Part shown: piece by piece, positions 22,172 to 33,539 of the stretch
Layout: each line of letters opens with the position of its first letter
Position numbering within the stretch: position 1 is the first letter of the stretch
From: Klebsormidium nitens
Lineage: Eukaryota; Plantae; Klebsormidiophyceae
NCBI GenBank assembly: GCA_000708835.1
Contig: DF237696.1
Location: forward strand, 1-38,774
Direction of reading: 5' to 3'
DNA length: 38,774 nucleotides
Made by a program: the position numbers and the translations under genes
The notes under the pieces: generated by a model
Told to the model about the DNA's origin: nothing
Database searches by the model: none
Seen by the model: the letters and a program-made list of their open reading frames with translations, nothing else

Positions 22172-23614
22172 TTGCAGGTTCTCAAGGTTCCCAAAAAGCC
22201 GCTTGTGTGGGAACCAAAACCAGCTCTTCCCATTTCCGGAGTGGTCGTTCTTTTGTTAGACGTCAGCAACTCTCTGTTCCAAATCAGGATGGTGCATCTG
22301 AGTCTTAGAATGTTAGCATTCTGGCTTTCTTGCAGGTCCTTAGGGGGACGCCGCCCTCACCCAAGCCTGATCAAAGGGACTGGTCCATTTAGATCTTCGG
22401 GGTGCACCAGCTCCTTAGCTGAGAATCTGGGCCCTCTCCAAATCATATTTGTTATACTTGTCACCGTTGGATTCCCTTCCCGAAAGGCTGGTGACCTCGG
22501 TCAGAAAGCGTAATTTGCTCCGAAAGGCAGCAGCTCTAACTTGAAAGTTTCGGGTATGCTGGTTTTGAACGGGGCTCGAGTTTTGAAAACGGATCACCGG
22601 AAGGTTCACATCTCTTCGATTCCTCACACATGCTAGTGGCCCTAAGGGTAACCTATGAGCGGCCTGCAAAGACTCATGCTCTAGGTCCATTGCCCTTGGG
22701 CACTTAGACCACTTTCCTTGATGAGTCAACCGGCTTCTACTAGTGAATCGAAGCCGCTTCAAAGTTCAAAGCAGCGTGATACGACTACATCAAAACGCTC
22801 TAGTTTGCAGCTTGATGAGACGCTCGAATGTTTCGTCTCCCTTGGTACGGGACTCGCAAAGAGAAAGACTTGGACGTTCATTCCCAACTTCGTTTCTCCT
22901 CTCCTCATCCTTCTCCAAGGGTTCTCCAAGCTGACACGTGGCTTAATCTGGACGGGTTGGGTGCCTCTCGATCACACCTGCCCGATCTCAAAGCGCAGGA
23001 GGACGCGCTTTCCGATCCGAGAGGCAGCAATATAGCCCCCCGGAACGCTTCCGAGTCGGAGCTTGTTGTTTTGGTCACCTCGTCGGATCCCGTTCTCACC
23101 GCGCCCATCACATGCTCGGCTCCAGAGCCCACTTTGGCAAGCGGTCCACAGATCCGAAGCAGCCCCATCACCGCTTCTCGTTTGCCAGCCGCATCGACTG
23201 ACGACTTCCCACTTACAGAGGTGGACATTGCGAGATTGAAGTCGTCCAAGCAGAAGGATGTGAACGAGGCGCTGACAGGCAAGCCAGATTCTTTGTTCAC
23301 TCGCAACTGTTTGCTCAGAGATCCGAGATACTATGAGTCTGGCCTTCATACATTTTTCATAAAAAGCACGAGTTGCTCGAAAAGGTCGTATTTGGATGGA
23401 CATTCAAAGATCACTGACTCCAAGTTCTGGTTTCGAAAAATTTCGGGGCAAAGTTGAGGACATGCTGGAGTACGTCACAAATCTCGACGACCTCTATGGA
23501 CAAGCCGAACCTGATTTCCGGGCTTCGCCCCTCCTAAAGCATACTGCTTCACTTTCTAATTTAGCTAGTCCGTCATTTTTTTCTGCATTCCTAAGACCCC
23601 AAAGTGGGTTTTAA
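22172..23614 (+). pseudogene. Decayed coding-like region of unknown family
   Basis: Chained ORFs 22172-22513, 22718-23035, 22828-23457 and 23396-23614 can be joined by frameshifts into protein-like text (e.g. DFPLTEVDIARLKSSKQKDVNEALTG; KFWFRK-FRGKVEDMLEYVTNLDDLY). No recognisable domain. Confidence 0.3.
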
Positions 23615-24719
23615 AAAGAACCGTTGACCCGAGACGCTCAGGAGACAGGTCCTCGAGTCCCCGCATGTCACTATTGCTCGAGCTTTCCAGGTCCAAGGAA
23701 TTGCGCGCGGGTCTACAACAACTGTCGGACATACAAAAGTTGCACTGGCTGACGTCACAGCGTTGGACCCAGTTTTCCATGGACTAGTAAAGACTCAGTC
23801 TGATCCATTGTTCTGACATTGTTCGTAACGTCGATCTTTTGCTCCCACATTCAGCTACCGGTCTGCTTGTAACAGATTTTGGGCTTTGATTTCATCACGA
23901 TGACGTCAAACTTTAGATAGTATCCTGCCACTTGTGGATAAGTCGATCTGATTTTGGTCCACGTTCTTTCCTCGAAGCTCATGCAAGAAACCGTCTTTGC
24001 AGGTCGGCTCCTTCAAAATTGTTGGGCTTCAACTCCTGTCTGATGAAGGACGTCCCTGCGTTGAACCTTTCTTGCTATTCTTTGCCTCAAAGCTCTTTCT
24101 TTGCAGGTTTGCCCGTTTCAACTAGCTTCATAAAGTTCGGTTAAGAGAAGGCTTATACGCAAGGGCCACGCCTTTTGAAACTATCTGCCCGGAGGCAGCT
24201 ACCTTTCGAACACCACAAAATCGAAGGCTCCTTAAAGAGGGCGTCCCGTGACCCGTAACGCCTGACGTCAGCCGCATACGGTGAAATTCAATCGCACGGA
24301 AAGTCTGCCCGCGTGACGTGAAATTGAAAACCGGTGTGAGTTCGACCTGCACGGCGTGCGGAAAAAGGAGCAAAGTTGCTCCGACTGAGTTTCGATCGCT
24401 CGTTTTCACGGTGAAATTCGAGCGCCCTTGCCAACTGTGCTAGGAGTCGATGTGCTTCCGAGCTGGTCTGGAGAAACTCGAGCCGGGACGGTATCTATAG
24501 ACTGACGCCCTCTTTAAGAAATTAACCATGTGGCAGTTAACACCTCCACACAACCGGATCAAATGAGCGGAAACCCTTGAGATCTTGTAGAAGAATGATG
24601 ATGATGAAGTGAAAGATAAAGGGGGAAAGGGGGAGGGGCTGATGCATGGGCCTTTATACTATATTTCAACCCGTTCATCATCATCGATTTGGCCCTACGG
24701 CGGATTTTGTAAGGAAAGC

Positions 24720-25410
24720 GATGATGATGAAGGCTATGAAACGGGGGTATAGGGGATCATGGGACCCCAAGACAGCCTATGATGATGATGAAGGCTTTGA
24801 AACGGGGGTATAGGGGGTCCTGGTAGTCCGGGGACCCCCAAGACAGAATGATGATGATGACCGCAGTGAAACGGTGGTGTATGGGGTCCCGGGACCTCCA
24901 AGACAGAATGATGATGATGATCGCAGTGAAACGTGTGTACAGGGGGTCCCGGGAACCCCAAGACATAATGATGATGATGAATGCAGTGAAACGGGTGTAT
25001 AGGGGGTCCCGGGACCCCCAAGTTGAATTGATGAAGATGATTGCAGTGAAACGGGGGTATAGAGGGTCTTGGCTTAAAGGGAAGTGATGATTCGGATGAA
25101 GGGTTTGAAATGGGGGTATAGGGGGTTTGGGACAGAAGAAAAATGTTGATGATGAATGCTTTGAAATGGGGGTATAAGGGGACCCGGGATCCAAGAGGAG
25201 TTGATGATGATGAATGCTTTGAAATGGGTGTATAGAGGGTCCCGGGACCCAAGGGGAATTGATGATGATGAAGGCTTTGAAATAGGGGTATAGGTATAGG
25301 GGGTCCCGGGACCCAAGGGGGATTGATGATGATGAAGGCCTTGAAGTAGGGGTATAGGGGGACCCGGGACCCAAGGGGGATTGATGATGATGAAGGCTTT
25401 GAAAGGGAGG
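24720..25410. repeat. Minisatellite, ~58-60-bp unit, 11 full copies plus a partial, with palindromic GGGTCCCGGGACCC core
   Basis: Units of the form TGATGATGATGAAGGCTTTGAAACGGGGGTATAGGGGGTCCCGGGACCCCAAG start near 24720, 24780, 24849, 24909, 24969, 25029, 25085, 25147, 25202, 25260, 25325 and 25382. A perfect 18-bp palindrome GGGGGTCCCGGGACCCCC is at 25002-25019. Confidence 0.95.
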
Positions 25411-25989
25411 TCACGGTATATGGGGTAGTATATGGTAGTATGAGGAAGATGTATATGATTGCACCTCTATATATATGCAATATTATGATGAAAGTGATAA
25501 ACGTGTATATATTCACGGCCCATTAGTACTCTCTCACGCAGGGGGAAGCGGGAACGAGCACGGGAGGTGTGTCGCCGCCGCCGCTGCCAGAACCGGCGCG
25601 GCCCAAGCGCAGGCTCACAAACGCGATGATGATGCACGAGAGCCTGGAGGCAGCGAAGCACCGGCGGCGCGGCCACCTAACGGCGGATCTACTTGGGGAC
25701 CAGTTGGCGTACATTGAGGCGCACTGGTTAGGCAGCACCCAGTACGAATGGGGGGTGCCAGAAGCCCCGGGCCCCTACCCGCCTGAATTCGAGCAGAACC
25801 CGTTCTTCAAACACCCCGAACCCCACTCCAGCCTCTCCATGTACCCACCCCGCGGGTATGAACCGCCGCCGGACTGGGAGGAGTACTACCCGCCAGGCCG
25901 CAGGCCCAAGGGGCCCCAGGTGGAACCCCCGCCACCGCCTCCATCGGCGCAAATGGCGATAGCGTGCAAGGGGGCCGCGTCCTACCTCG

Positions 25990-26520
25990 AATGGTAGAGC
26001 CATCGGCGCACGCACTGCTGGCGCAAAGAATGAGAGACTTACCAGCGTTCCGCGGGGACCGGCGGCTGGAGCGAGTGAAGGCGCCGGTGATCCGGACGGA
26101 GGAGCGCAGGGTGTGGGTGAACGGCAAGCCGCCGACGGGGACAGCCATCTTCAACACCGACGCGATGCCGTTGCTGATCGGGAAGAAGGGGATGAAGCAG
26201 CTCGGTTGGGGCAAAGACAACATCATCCCCGACGCCATGACGCTGGGGCTAGCGGACGGGAAGTCCTTCAAGCCCTTCCCCCTCACCCAAGAGCCGGTAG
26301 AGTTTGTTTTCAAAAAGGGGACGGCAGCGGAGACCTCGATTCGGGCGCGCGCAGTCGTGACGCAGGCGCCATACGACTTTCTCGTGGGCAACGTTGTGAT
26401 GTGGTCGATGGGAATGGTAATCAACGCGTGGCGGGAGCAGGTGCGGTACCGAGTGGGAAGGCGCCAGGGCAGAGAGCACGCGGGCGAGGCACAGGGCTAC
26501 TTCCCGGTGGACTACGAGCG
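25990..26520 (+). pseudogene. Aspartic protease domain of Gypsy relic 2
   Basis: VWVNGKPPTGTAIFNTDAMPLLIG has NTD at 26153-26161, two G-to-A changes from the DTG active site. Also MTLGLADG and YDFLVGN. Confidence 0.75.
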
Positions 26521-27472
26521 CGACGTGGGCTTGGGCATGCTCCCACCGGCTTTCCTGGCTGATGACAAGTTGGAACCTCCCGCCGGGGGGGGGAGACGCA
26601 AACAGTGGGGAGCTAGGGGCGGAGTTGTGGCCGGTCACAGACGAGGAGGGGCCGCCGGCGCTAGCGGACGCAAGCAACAGCGAGAGCGAGGGCGACGAGG
26701 AAGAGGAGATGCCGATGCTGCTCGGCCTGGTTGAAATTTTTGATGATGAGAGCGCAACGCAAGGGCCCAAACCGCGAGGAGCCGGAGAAGAGGCGCATGC
26801 GGGGGAAGACAGAGCGTTGGGACCGGCGGGAGGGACAACTGCGAACGGGGACGAAGCCCTAGGAGCAGGAGGAGCGGTCGCCGGCGCAGCTTTTGCGTAC
26901 TTAGACGAGGTCTACCACGTGCGCGGGGCTGAAACAAGGAGGGTGGGCCCGGTGCGGAACCCGAGAGCGGCCCTGGTCCCGCACGTTGTGGAAGTTGACG
27001 AGGCGGGCCGGCGCCCGCTTCCCCCAGGCTGGAGGTACATGGAAGGGGGGACCCGGGTGGTTCACGCGGGCGCCCTCAGTTTTGACGGACGGCACTGGCG
27101 CGGCGAAGAAGAGTGGGAGATCCAGGACAAGGCCGACGCGCAATGGTGTTGGAGTTGCAGCGGGAGTGGCCACAGTGGGGCGACGCGCTGCGCTTGATGG
27201 GGCAGTTGCAGAGACATCGACCCCCACCGCCGCCGGACCAGGACGAAACTCTGCCGGCAGTACAGTTCGGACGGCTCGGGGGAGAAGGCCCTGGGTCGGA
27301 TGGGGAGTACGAACCACCGCTGGGGGAGCCTTGAGGAGACTTACCGGGGACCTACATGGTGGGGTTGCCGGAGGCGAGAGAGCGCCGGCGCTCCCTGGAA
27401 GAACAGCTAAGGAAGATGGAACGGGACTAGGGCCAACAGTGGGCAGGGATAGGACCGGAGCGGCTGCCGGCG

Positions 27473-28406
27473 TTGACGCCGTTTGCGAGCCAGCACATCA
27501 CGGTGCTCAGCCTCTTCGCTGGAATCGGTGCGGAGCTCGAGGGACTACTAATGGCGGGGGTAAGTATCTCCAAGTTCCTGTATGTGGAGATAGACACTGT
27601 TGCCCGCAGAGTCATGGAGCATCGCGTTAGATGCTTGCATCACCNNNNNNNNNNNNNNNNNNNNNNNNNNNNNNNNNNNNNNNNNNNNNNNNNNNNNNNN
27701 NNNNNNNNNNNNNNNNNNNNNNNNNNNNNNNNNNNNNNNNNNNNNNNNNNNNNNNNNNNNNNNNNNNNNNNNNNNNNNNNNNNNNNNNNNNNNNNNNNNN
27801 NNNNNNAGAGCCCGGAGGCGCGGTGGGCGTTTGAGCTGATGGGGCGGGTGTGCTGCAGAGGGCCTGAACGCTGGGTGCGGATAGACGCGGCGAAAGTGGG
27901 GTCGCCGGCGCACATGGTGCGAGTCTTCGGGACAAACCTGGCGCCCCCAGAAGAGCTGCAGGCACGGTACAGAGAACTTCAACGGGAGTGGTGCAACGAC
28001 AAGCGGGAGGCGCATGACGTGCTGAACACCGGGCGGATAGTTTAAGTAGCGCGGGCCAACGACGTGGAAGTCGGAGGCTACCACCCAACGAACGTCGCCC
28101 GCGAGCCCCTGCGGATCTTTCCTGGGGCCCACGCTAGTGTCCACCCCGCGGTCGTATGCCTGGCGTCTGCACTCAGAAGACGTCCCGGGGCCTGGAATGG
28201 TCTACGACGAAAACATGAGAGAATGGCAAGAGCCAAACGCCGGTGAGCGGGTGCGCATCATGGGGCTGCTGAGGGGCTCCACCGAGGCATTGGGGGTCAG
28301 CGAAACGGACCGCTCGCGGCTAATTGGGGCGGCGATCAACGTGCGCGCGTACGTATTGCTCTGCAAGCAGATCATGCGGTGGCGTGAGGCCGCCAATCAC
28401 AACTAG
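27473..28406 (+). pseudogene. DNMT3-like C5 cytosine DNA methyltransferase domain embedded in Gypsy pol
   Basis: Motif I ITVLSLFAGIG (FAGIG 27515-27529) and motif II YVEID (27581-27595). Motif VIII-like IDAAKVGSPAHMVRVFGTNL (27881-27940; compare DNMT3 IDAKEVSAAHRARYFWGNL). Motif IX/X-like EPNAGERVRIMGL..VSETDRSRLIGAAINV (28230-28345). Motifs IV (PC) and VI (ENV) would fall in the gap 27645-27806. There is an in-frame stop at 28043-28045 and a frameshift near 28125-28135. Confidence 0.88.
27645..27806. other. Assembly gap (N run) inside the DNMT domain
   Basis: Run of n characters. Confidence 1.
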
Positions 28407-28789
28407 GGGCACGCGGGGGTCGCAGCGCCCCCGCAACAAGGGTGTTCCGAGTCACCCGAAACAAAACCCAGCAAGTGAACCTGCTGGCGGGCAGCCGGAG
28501 CGTCAACCCGCAGGTGGGGGGGGGGCGAGGATCCCAGGGGCGTGAGAAACCCAGAGAGAGCGGGGGGCCGGGGGGCCAGGGCGGGGATCGGAGAGTTTTT
28601 CGCTCCAAAAGGTTCCGGCGCAGAAGAGGAGGCGGTTGAGATCGAAGGGTTGCGCTCGCTCGCGCACGGCAGACAAGAAGTAGGGCCTGAGTGGCCGGAA
28701 GCGGTGCCGGAGGGGTTGGTCCGAACCCCAAGGAGAAAGGAGCGGAGCAGTTCGGGAAGGGCGCGGAGGAGCCATTCGAGTGGGGAGCC

Positions 28790-30240
28790 GAGCAGATCTG
28801 GCCGGGGTTGACCGAGGCGCAGAGAGAACGGGTTGTGGAGCTGCTCGAGACGTTTCGGGAGATCTTTGGCTGGTCGATCTACGACCTCAACGATACGGCG
28901 ATAGAGGGGGTGGAGTTCGAAGTGGAGTTCACGGCCGACAAGCCCATCTTCGCGCCCCGCCAGCGGTTCTCCCAGTACGAACACGAGCTGCTCAAGGCCT
29001 ACTGCGAGGAGCGGGAAGCAGCGAAGCTGATAACGAGGCTGAAGCTGCCGCCATGGGTGAAGGAGCCAACTGCGCGCCGACGGTGATGCCACGGAAGAAG
29101 GACGCTGAGGGGAACTGAACAGAGCGGTGGATTTGTGGAGTTTACCGCCGGCACAACGACAAGACGGTGCCGAACAAGTACCCCATGCCGGTGGCGGACG
29201 AGCTGTTCGATGACCTGGGGGGGAGAGATTGTTTCTCAACCCTGGACCTGCGGATGGGGTACCATCAGATCCGCATCCGGGAGGGGGACCAGTGGAAGCT
29301 GGCGTTCTGGGGGCACGACGACATCTACATGCCCCTGCGCACCCCCTTCGGCCCAAAGAACGCGCCGGCGCTTTTCCAACGGCTCATGGACCGGGTGCTG
29401 CGGCAGCTGCGGGAGGTGGCACGCGCCTTCATCGACGACACGATCGTGCACTCATGCGGGTTCGAGGCGCACCTGGACGCGTTCCGCGCGGTGTTCGAGC
29501 AGCTGCGCAAGTACAACATTAAGGTGCACCCGAAGAAGATCAGGATCCTCTTCCAAGAGATCCCCTTCCTAAGGCACCTCGTGAACCCGGTCACTGGGCC
29601 TGAAGCCGCATGAGCTGAGGGTGGCGGCGATCCAGCGGATCCCGTACCCCACCAGCGTGACGGCCCTGAAGCAGCTCGTTGCCGGTTGGCATCATCAACT
29701 ATTACCGGCGCTTCCTCAAGGGCTGCAGCGTCATCGCCCGGCCGCTGAACAACCTGCTGAAGAAGGACTTGGAGTTTCCGCGGAGCTGCCCGACGGAGTG
29801 TAAAGCGGCGATAGACCAGTTGAAAGCGGGGCTGTGCGCGGCGCCGCTACTGGTGAGGCCGGATCCGGGACGGGAGTTCGAGCTGCACACGGATTGGAGT
29901 GCGGCGGGGTGCGGGGCGATCCTCCAGCAGAGATACGAAGCGGGGAACGAGCGGGTAGTGGCGTACGCGAGCCGGAGCAATAACAGAGCGGAGTCGAACT
30001 ACAGCAGCTACGCCGGCGAATGCCTACCAGCAGTGTGGGGGTTGCGATACTTCAGGGTGTACCTCTACGGAGTGCACTTCAAGTTGTACACGGATCACCG
30101 GCCCCTGGAGTGGCTGATGACGAGCCAGAACCTCACCGGCATGCACGCGCGGTGGGCGCTGATGCTTCAAGAGTTCGACTTCGAGGTGAAGTACCGGAAG
30201 GGGCTGGTTAACATGAACGCCGACGGGCTCAGCAGAAGCC
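28790..30240 (+). pseudogene. pol: Reverse transcriptase and RNase H of Gypsy relic 2
   Basis: APTVMPRKKDAEGN*TE, KYPMPVADELFD, FSTLDLRMGYHQI, PFGPKNAPALFQR, FIDD (intact), INYYRRF, LHTDWSAAGCGAIL, VAYASRSNNRAESNYSSYAGE, YTDHRPLEW, NADGLSR. Several frameshifts. Confidence 0.95.
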
Positions 30241-30689
30241 CCTTGCCGGAAACGGAAGACCTGACGGGGGCGCGGGTGCATGACGACCCGCCGGCGGAGC
30301 CGATGTGGGCAGCGTCCGCGCTGCTCGCGTGGCAAGCCTGGGCGGTGGGGCCGGCGCTGGGCAACGACCAACAATTCCCTTGGGCGTGGGAAATCGGGGG
30401 AGAAGAGTACCCCGATGACCCCACAGGTTAGCTCGAGGACTTGGCTTTGCCAGCACCTCTCGACTACGGGCCTGCTGACGTGCAACTGCCTGTGCCGGCG
30501 GAAGCAGAACTGGGAGGAGAGAGGGCAAAGAGCCTCACGGACATATGGGAGGATGTCCACCGCCTACAGGTGATGCGCGGAGAGCAGCCCGACCCAGCCT
30601 GGAGCGAGAAGGAGCAAGAGAGAGTGCGCCGGCGCAGCCTGTCATACAGGTTTGAAGACGGGGAGCTACTGCGGCGGCTGGGGAACGGG

Positions 30690-31400
30690 GAAGAAAAGGT
30701 TGTGCCACCGCCGGCGGAGCGGGAAGGCGTGGTGCAGGCGGTACACGAGGAAACCGGCCACTGGGGAGAGAAGCGGACGGTTCATCTGTTGAAGCGGGCG
30801 GGGATGTACGAGTCGGCACGGCGGGGAGTCGCGGGGTGTCACCATTGTGACCGGACGAAGGCGGCCTTTGCGAAGGAGATGAGCGTGATGCAGAGTCTGC
30901 CAATCATGGGGTTGGGGTATCGATGGAGCCTAGACTTTGCGGGGGGCGGCCCTGATAACCACCCGGTCCAAAAAGCAGTTCGTGCTCATTGCCATTGAGC
31001 ACTTCTTGAAGTGGTGCGAGGTGTGGGTGATGCCTTCCAAGCATGCCGGCAGGGTTGCGGAGGCGTTCCTAGGGGTGCTGACGCGGTTCGGGGCATGCGC
31101 GGAAGTGTTGACGGACAACGGCAAGGAGTTCGAGGGGGAGTTTGATCAGCTCTGCCAGCAAGTGTTGCTTGACCACCGAACGACGTCGCGCTACCACCCC
31201 AAGTCGAACGGGCTGACGGAGCGGCTAGTGCGGACAATCAAGGCGGGCATCACCAAGTTCGGGTCGGAAGCGGACCGGCGGACGTGGGACGAGTGGCTGC
31301 CGTGAATGGTGATGGGCTACCGGATGAGCCGACAGGCGGCGCTCGCGGGGTATTCACCCTACTTCCTCATGTTCGGCCGGGAACCCATGCTGACGGGCGC
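30690..31400 (+). pseudogene. Integrase (HHCC + DDE core) of Gypsy relic 2
   Basis: HEETGHWG...CHHC zinc site, WSLDFAG, LTDNGKEF, YHPKSNGLTERLVRTIK, YSPYFLMFGREP. One frameshift near 30945 and a TGA at 31303-31305. Confidence 0.95.
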
Positions 31401-31638
31401 TGCGGCGCGGGGATTACTCGGTGAGCCGGTCGATTTCGATTCCGAAGATGTGTGGATGCAGGCGTGTGAGCAGCGGGCGGCGGCGTTGAAGCGGGAGATG
31501 CCTTTGGCGCTGCGTGGGCAACCCGCTGGCGGCGCAACATCGGGATCGGCGGCGCTACGAGCACGTGCGAAAGAGCGGATACCGGCCGCGGGAGCGGAAA
31601 TATGAGAGCGGGGACGTGGTGTACTTGCGCCGCTAGCC

Positions 31639-32526
31639 NNNNNNNNNNNNNNNNNNNNNNNNNNNNNNNNNNNNNNNNNNNNNNNNNNNNNNNNNNNNNN
31701 NNNNNNNNNNNNNNNNNNNNNNNNNNNNNNNNNNNNNNNNNNNNNNNNNNNNNNNNNNNNNNNNNNNNNNNNNNNNNNNNNNNNNNNNNNNNNNNNNNNN
31801 NNNNNNNNNNNNNNNNNNNNNNNNNNNNNNNNNNNNNNNNNNNNNNNNNNNNNNNNNNNNNNNNNNNNNNNNNNNNNNNNNNNNNNNNNNNNNNNNNNNN
31901 NNNNNNNNNNNNNNNNNNNNNNNNNNNNNNNNNNNNNNNNNNNNNNNNNNNNNNNNNNNNNNNNNNNNNNNNNNNNNNNNNNNNNNNNNNNNNNNNNNNN
32001 NNNNNNNNNNNNNNNNNNNNNNNNNNNNNNNNNNNNNNNNNNNNNNNNNNNNNNNNNNNNNNNNNNNNNNNNNNNNNNNNNNNNNNNNNNNNNNNNNNNN
32101 NNNNNNNNNNNNNNNNNNNNNNNNNNNNNNNNNNNNNNNNNNNNNNNNNNNNNNNNNNNNNNNNNNNNNNNNNNNNNNNNNNNNNNNNNNNNNNNNNNNN
32201 NNNNNNNNNNNNNNNNNNNNNNNNNNNNNNNNNNNNNNNNNNNNNNNNNNNNNNNNNNNNNNNNNNNNNNNNNNNNNNNNNNNNNNNNNNNNNNNNNNNN
32301 NNNNNNNNNNNNNNNNNNNNNNNNNNNNNNNNNNNNNNNNNNNNNNNNNNNNNNNNNNNNNNNNNNNNNNNNNNNNNNNNNNNNNNNNNNNNNNNNNNNN
32401 NNNNNNNNNNNNNNNNNNNNNNNNNNNNNNNNNNNNNNNNNNNNNNNNNNNNNNNNNNNNNNNNNNNNNNNNNNNNNNNNNNNNNNNNNNNNNNNNNNNN
32501 NNNNNNNNNNNNNNNNNNNNNNNNNN
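31639..32526. other. Assembly gap (N run)
   Basis: Run of n characters. Confidence 1.
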
Positions 32527-32585
32527 TGCATGATTGGAGCCGAAGCCTCGAGAAAGGGAGAAGTCACAATGGCCATGAGCATTGC

Positions 32586-33539
32586 CACTGTGACAAAAAG
32601 CTCAACCCTGAACCGCCCCTGGGCTCGCCAGGTACGGAATTGAGTTCAGGGGCCCTACAGCGCCGCGCCAGGGCCGGCGAAATTTGGATTTAGGCCCGGT
32701 TCAGGGTGCGCACGGTACCCTCGAAGTACCCCCCAAAAGTTTGAACCAATTCAGGGTTCGTCGGGAGTCGCGAGAGTGCCCCAACCGACCCCTGAACTCG
32801 GCCTGAACGGTGAAGGCCGGTTTAAGGGTTTGTTGAGGTACGGTACGGTCCGAGGGACAAAAAGGACCGAACTCTCGGATCATAGGTGGCTACCGCCGGG
32901 AATTGATTTTCTGATCATTACAGTTATTACAGTTATTACAAAAGTAAACTTATCTGCTAAGCGACTACTCTAACCACTACGCTACTGTATGTTCTATGCT
33001 GCTTGTAAGTGAAAATTCCAAAAAACATTATATACTGTGGAAATTGTTCAAGCTAGGCCTAGGCTGCCCAAGTTCCTTGTCACTACTTTACGACTTTTGG
33101 AACATAGAATTTGACCAAGTCCTTTTTACTATCTGCTCTAGTCTAAGATTTAGGATTCCCCTGGGCACTTCCGTTCCGGAGATACTGGCATTTTGTAAGA
33201 ACCGGGCAGAGAACCTCAATGAGAATGCTAAAGATTCTAATCTCGCCGGAAACGACGGGATGCACTCGAAAATGTTGCAAACCCTGAAGTGACCCTTCTT
33301 TGTTTAGCTAGGGCCCTTTTAGTGGGGATTCAGGTAGCTCGATATATTGAGCCGTTACCCCTGACAATACGCTGATTGTTGAGGCCTAGTTTAGGGTCCG
33401 ACCAGCGCCGCCGCAAATTTTCCTTACGGTACCCGGCCGAGCCCTTAAATTTTCAGGGTCCGACCAGTACCAATCGGGAAGTTCAGAGGTAATTTGGCGT
33501 CCGTAAGGCCGGTTCAGGGGGTGAACTTTTCTCACAGTG
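32586..33539. mobile_element. Non-autonomous CACTA/EnSpm-type element with CACTG termini, 954 bp
   Basis: Left end CACTGTGACAAAAAGCTCAACCCTGAACCG; the right end reverse-complements to CACTGTGAGAAAAGTTCACCCCCTGAACCG. A 3-bp TGC duplication lies on both sides (32583-32585, 33540-33542). There are many subterminal TTCAGGG/CCCTGAA repeats near both ends and no transposase ORF. Confidence 0.88.

Larger units (their letters stand above)
25542..31638 (+). mobile_element. Ty3/Gypsy retrotransposon relic 2 carrying a C5 cytosine methyltransferase inside pol (PR-DNMT-RT-RH-INT)
   Basis: GC-rich block with the domains in this order on one strand, linked by frameshifts and stops. The 3' end is lost in the gap 31639-32526; no LTR was identified. 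Confidence 0.92.

Noticed and set aside
24720-25410. CRISPR-like appearance of the palindromic repeat array
   Set aside because: The context is eukaryotic, the whole unit is repeated with no unique spacers, and there are no cas genes.
24734-25516. Long His/Pro/Ile-rich minus-strand ORFs (260 and 205 aa) and a Met-rich plus ORF
   Set aside because: They are translations of the minisatellite; open frames arise in several frames purely from the repeat unit.
27144-27195. Apparent zinc knuckle WCWSCSGSGHSGATRC in Gypsy relic 2
   Set aside because: The spacing is Cx2Cx4Hx5C just before a stop. The overlapping frame (MVLELQREWPQWGDALRL) continues towards the DNMT and looks like the true frame, so this is probably an off-frame coincidence.
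28403-29356. 317-aa minus-strand ORF and other antisense ORFs across 25800-31600
   Set aside because: These are shadow ORFs of the GC-rich plus-strand pol; high GC suppresses stops on the opposite strand.
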